NCBI GenBank assembly: GCA_951406725.2
Contig: OX597819.1
Coordinates: forward strand, 35,340,001-35,404,000
Length of the DNA: 64,000 bases
Direction: 5' to 3'
From: Octopus vulgaris
Lineage: Eukaryota
The position numbers and the translations under genes were made by a program. A model generated the notes under the pieces. It saw only the letters and a list, made by a program, of their open reading frames with translations, was not told where the DNA came from and made no database searches. Below are positions 60,054-64,000 of this stretch, in pieces. The first letter of the stretch is position 1; the number at the start of each line of letters is the position of its first letter.

Positions 60054-61309
60054 TTGGGTTGGCAAGAAAGTGAAATAAAAATCATTTTTTTTTTCATACA
60101 AAGAACGAACTTTAATCAGTTATATATTTTCCATTTTGCTTGATGATCTTTTGTCATCTTTCTGGCAACTTTATGATTCTGTGCTCATAGAACTTTTGAT
60201 CTGTATCTGCCAAAAACTGAGGCAAGTTTAGGTCATCATCATTATTAAAAGTTGTACCATTCAAAGAATTTTACAAACTTTGAAATAAATGGTAATCTGA
60301 TGTTGCAAAGTCAGGGCTATATGGTAGATATGATATCACTTCCCAACCAAGCTCCAATAATTTTTCATGAGTTAGCAAAGATGTGTGTGGTCTAGCATTG
60401 TCATGGTGGAATGCGATTCCTTTACGATTTGCCAATTCTGGCCATTATACTTTGATAGCTTCCTCCAGTTTCATTAATTGTTGACAGTAAATATCTGAAT
60501 TGATTGTTTGGTTCCTTAGAAGCAGCTCAAAATACACAGCACCTTTATAATCCCACCAACTTGACAGCATGACCTTTTTTTCATGCAATTCAACTTTTGA
60601 TGTGGTTTGTGATGGTTCATTATGCTTGGACCATGATCGTTTTAGATTGATGTTATTGTAGACAATCCATTTTTCCTCACCAGTGAGGATTCGTTTCAAA
60701 AGAAGGTTGATTTCATTGCGTTTGATATGCATATCGCAAATATTAATTTGTTGTGTTAAGTGAATCTCTTTCAATTTATGTGGAACCCAAATATCAAGTT
60801 TCTTAATTAGTCCATGACATTTTAAGTGATTTTCAATTGTGTTTAATACATTTAACCTCTCTTCAATCTCTCACACAATTATATGACAATCAGATTCAAT
60901 TATGGCTTTGATTTTGTCGTCATCAACTTCAGTAGGTCGACTAGAACATTGGTCATCTTTGAGTGAAAATTTTCCTGAAGGGAACTTTCTAAACCATTTC
61001 TGACGTGTGCATTCTGTTAAGCAATCAACACCATAAACTTCACATATCTCTTTGTAAGTCTCAGCAGCTTTCTTGCCTTTATGGAAATAAAAAAGGAAAA
61101 TATGGCAAAAATGTTCGTTTTTGCACTCCATGTTAAAATTGACACTGAGCTAACAGCTGTAAACAAAATTAGATGCAATTTGCTTCTAAAGTAAGCTAAA
61201 AGTAATGGCTATCAAATGTCAGAAGAAAAAATCATAACATTGACAAAAGTCATTCAAAACAATTGTAACTCTACTTGCGAAAAATGAAAGTACCTTCTTG
61301 CCAACCCAA
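60054..61309 (-). mobile_element. Near-full-length decayed mariner, mellifera-subfamily-like
   Basis: TIR TTGGGTTGGCAAGAA(A/G)GT at both ends with TA TSDs (60052-53, 61310-11). Transposase MECKNEHFCHIFLFYFHKGK..WFRKF..FSLKDD, ILTGEEKWIVYNN, KKVMLSSWWDYKG; frameshifted. Confidence 0.94.
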
Positions 61310-62036
61310 TATATCAAAATTATAAATGAATGGAGGTGATGTTGGGAAGAAAGGAATTCTTTTTAATCCATGCTATAAAGTTGTTGGCTGGAAGGGCATC
61401 CAGCTGTAAAAACCATACCAAAATAGATAGGAAAAAACAAATATGTGTATAGCTTTTGTTAAGCTATACATAAAAAATAACCACAAACAAGGATTTGTCA
61501 TTAAAGCCCAGGTCTTCTTAACTGCTTAACCAGATGTCCCTTCTCTGCTGACTAGTTCAATAACTAGTCTGGAATAAAAGTTCTTGTCTACAGTTTATCC
61601 CTTATGAGTTCACAGGCAATACACTACATGTGTATGTAGAGGGAAGGAGAACATAGACTCTCATGCAGATAACCTGTCTAGAAGAACAGAGATTTTGAAT
61701 AAACACCCTTATACAAGGTAAAGAGGACTTGTTAGTGAAAAGAGTTGGTGATAGGCATCGAGTTGTAAAATCTGAGCCAAAAGCATTGGTGATGGGCATC
61801 CAGTTGTAAAATCTGTGCCCAAAACGTTACATATCAATGATTTTCTTTTGTTGGGACTACCAGATAATAAAGAACCATGATGAGTAGCGAAGTGTTGTGA
61901 CATACTTTGAAACCATGCTATAATGGAGAGAAAATAAAGCAAAAAGGAATGAAGTAACTTTATAGCCATACCAGCAGCAAGTCATTATTAACATAGACAA
62001 CACATGTCCTGATTATAACTTTCTGTTCATATACTA

Positions 62037-62296
62037 CAGTGGTTTTCAACCAATTTTTGTCTGCAGACCCCTTTGATTCCTATTTTACTCTATTGGACCC
62101 TCATAACCATTCATCGTTTTAAAAGAAATCCTATTATACTTTTATAATCAAATATTATTTGGAATTGTATTTAAAAAATTGTTAAAATATTTTGTTTATT
62201 GTAGAAGAATGACCAATGAAACTGCATATAAACTTTAACAACAAAATCTTATATGGACCCTTAAGGGGTCATATGGATCTCGGTTGGCAACTACTG
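62037..62296. mobile_element. hAT (Charlie-like) MITE
   Basis: TIR CAGTGGTTTTCAACC / GGTTGGCAACTACTG; perfect 8-bp TSD ATATACTA at 62029-62036 and 62297-62304. Confidence 0.9.
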
Positions 62297-62316
62297 ATAT
62301 ACTATAACACTATATA

Positions 62317-62538
62317 TGAAAGGGTGCTGCACAGTTCCTGGCTTTAGGGGTATTGCGAAAGGCCTGGTTGGAGGCCCAACCTTCCAAGTTCTTTTACAAG
62401 GCTTAGAAAAACTGAAGAACTGCTGCAATAAGTGTGGGAATCTGAGAGGGGAATATGTTGAATAAAATCATAATTAACTGATGCTCCTGTATCTTTTTTT
62501 TTTTTATCTAAAGCCAGGAACTTTTTTGCACCCCCTAG
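62317..62538 (+). mobile_element. Mariner-derived MITE retaining the transposase C-terminus
   Basis: Imperfect TIR GGGTGC..AGTTCCTGGCTTT / AAAGCCAGGAACT..GCACCC flanked by TA; internal LEKLKNCCNKCGNLRGEYVE*. Confidence 0.8.
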
Positions 62539-63085
62539 TATACAATAATACAACAGTGTCAGAAAATTGATGGAAGTATGGTATTTCTGTATAGTGAACT
62601 CCAAATGTTTAATTAGATACATCCACCCCCACAGATGGGCATTTTATCTAGCAAAGTTGATCATAGTGACTCAACATAAACAACAAAAATACTTCATTAA
62701 AAATAATCACTAAATAATTTGACGTTGTCTTTATTTTGATAAGGCCATTACAAACTGGAAATATATGAATCAGTAATTGTGTGTGCATGCAAACATGTGC
62801 GAGGAAATGATTGGGGTCTAGGGCTGGTAATAATGTTCGTAAAAGACTTGCTTGTTTTTTTTTTCTCATGGGAAGTTAGCTTAGGGCTATGAAGAGCATT
62901 CTCAAGTCTTTCACTGGAAATTTATTGCAAGAATGAGCAATATGGAAGTTCTGTTCCATGATTGTTATTCTTGTTGTTCTGCTCCAAATTAGCCCTGATT
63001 GAGGATATCTATGCTCAAAGGTGTAGTAGCCATATCCAACTTGTTTTTAGTATTCTAGGGACAACATTAAGAGTATCCTTCATCA

Positions 63086-63534
63086 TTTAGCCCATTTTGT
63101 ACTAATCCATCTGAGCCTACCCTTGGTTCTGTGGCACACAACTTATTTTACCTCTTTAGTGTTTAAACTAGCCATATCCAGCCCAAATATTTTATTTGTT
63201 TTATGTTGAAAATGACCATGTCTTGCCTCTCACACCCACCCTACAATATCATTCTAAAAATAAACAATCAGATCATCAATATCTTGAAGTTATGAGACAA
63301 TGCATGATTAATTTAAAACAATGTGAATAAATAAGGATTACAGAGTAATCTGAATGCTAAAGGATTAAAGGATATAAGCTAAAACCTTTCTTCCAAATTT
63401 CAGGTTAATTTAGGTCTCAAACACTTGCTTAATAATGACAAAGTTATTGTACTACTAAATTGTTCGTTATTTTCAAAATTAATTCGAAACCAGGATAGTG
63501 TATTCCATTAGAAATACAGTTACAAAAGGGCTAA
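63086..63534. mobile_element. Family D MITE carrying a nested family C MITE (63148-63368)
   Basis: Ends TTAGCCCATTTTGTAC / GTTACAAAAGGGCTAA; the family C body lies in between. Confidence 0.65.
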
Positions 63535-64000
63535 AGCTTTAGTGTGTGATTTGTAGGAGGTTTGGTTTCTATTTCTAGCAGATTGAGTAAACCTATTGAA
63601 GCTCCCTTGTTGGAAGCCTCTACATTTTGCCTAATTAGTAATAATTAAAGGCTTAGTTGATTTTTATATAAGTCAATTGCTGTCAGCTTGCTGCCAATCT
63701 TTTTTTTTTTGTACTAGCTTAGATTACTTATGGTATACTATTTAACCTAGTTCTGTCTCATGGTAGGTTGCCTCATGGCTGTTGTTTAGCCCCTTGTCAG
63801 CCCTGATTGAGCAGGCATATGGTCTAAGGCTTTCAAGCATGACCACCCTGTCTTCATTTTCTTGTTTTAGGCATCCAGGATCATATCCAATATATCCTTC
63901 ATTTTGAAGGATAGTAGGGTGTTAGTTGAGAGAAATAGGGTTTATAAACTGCTGTATCAACTTTACAATAAAATGTTGATAAACATTGTTATACATGAGT

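Overview
AT-rich, repeat-dense eukaryotic DNA. The SINE, RTE and microsatellite landscape suggests an octopod cephalopod, but that is inference. The only host gene I can support is the promoter and first coding exon (3826-4104) of a PPP1R14/CPI-17-family phosphatase-1 inhibitor. No later exon is recognisable, so most of the window is probably one very large first intron. That intron holds a decayed mariner (a second lies upstream of the promoter), MITEs of probable Merlin, piggyBac, hAT and mariner type, Helitron/HINE elements, several tRNA-derived SINE families, RTE/BovB/R4-Dong/CR1-like LINE remnants and a 7.9 kb (TA/TG) microsatellite. The oddities most worth checking are: a locally templated inverted insertion flanked by a 38-bp duplication; near-perfect long palindromes; the G-only strand asymmetry of the giant microsatellite; and a decayed antisense TRAIP-like RING sequence. 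I found no intact novel multi-gene system.
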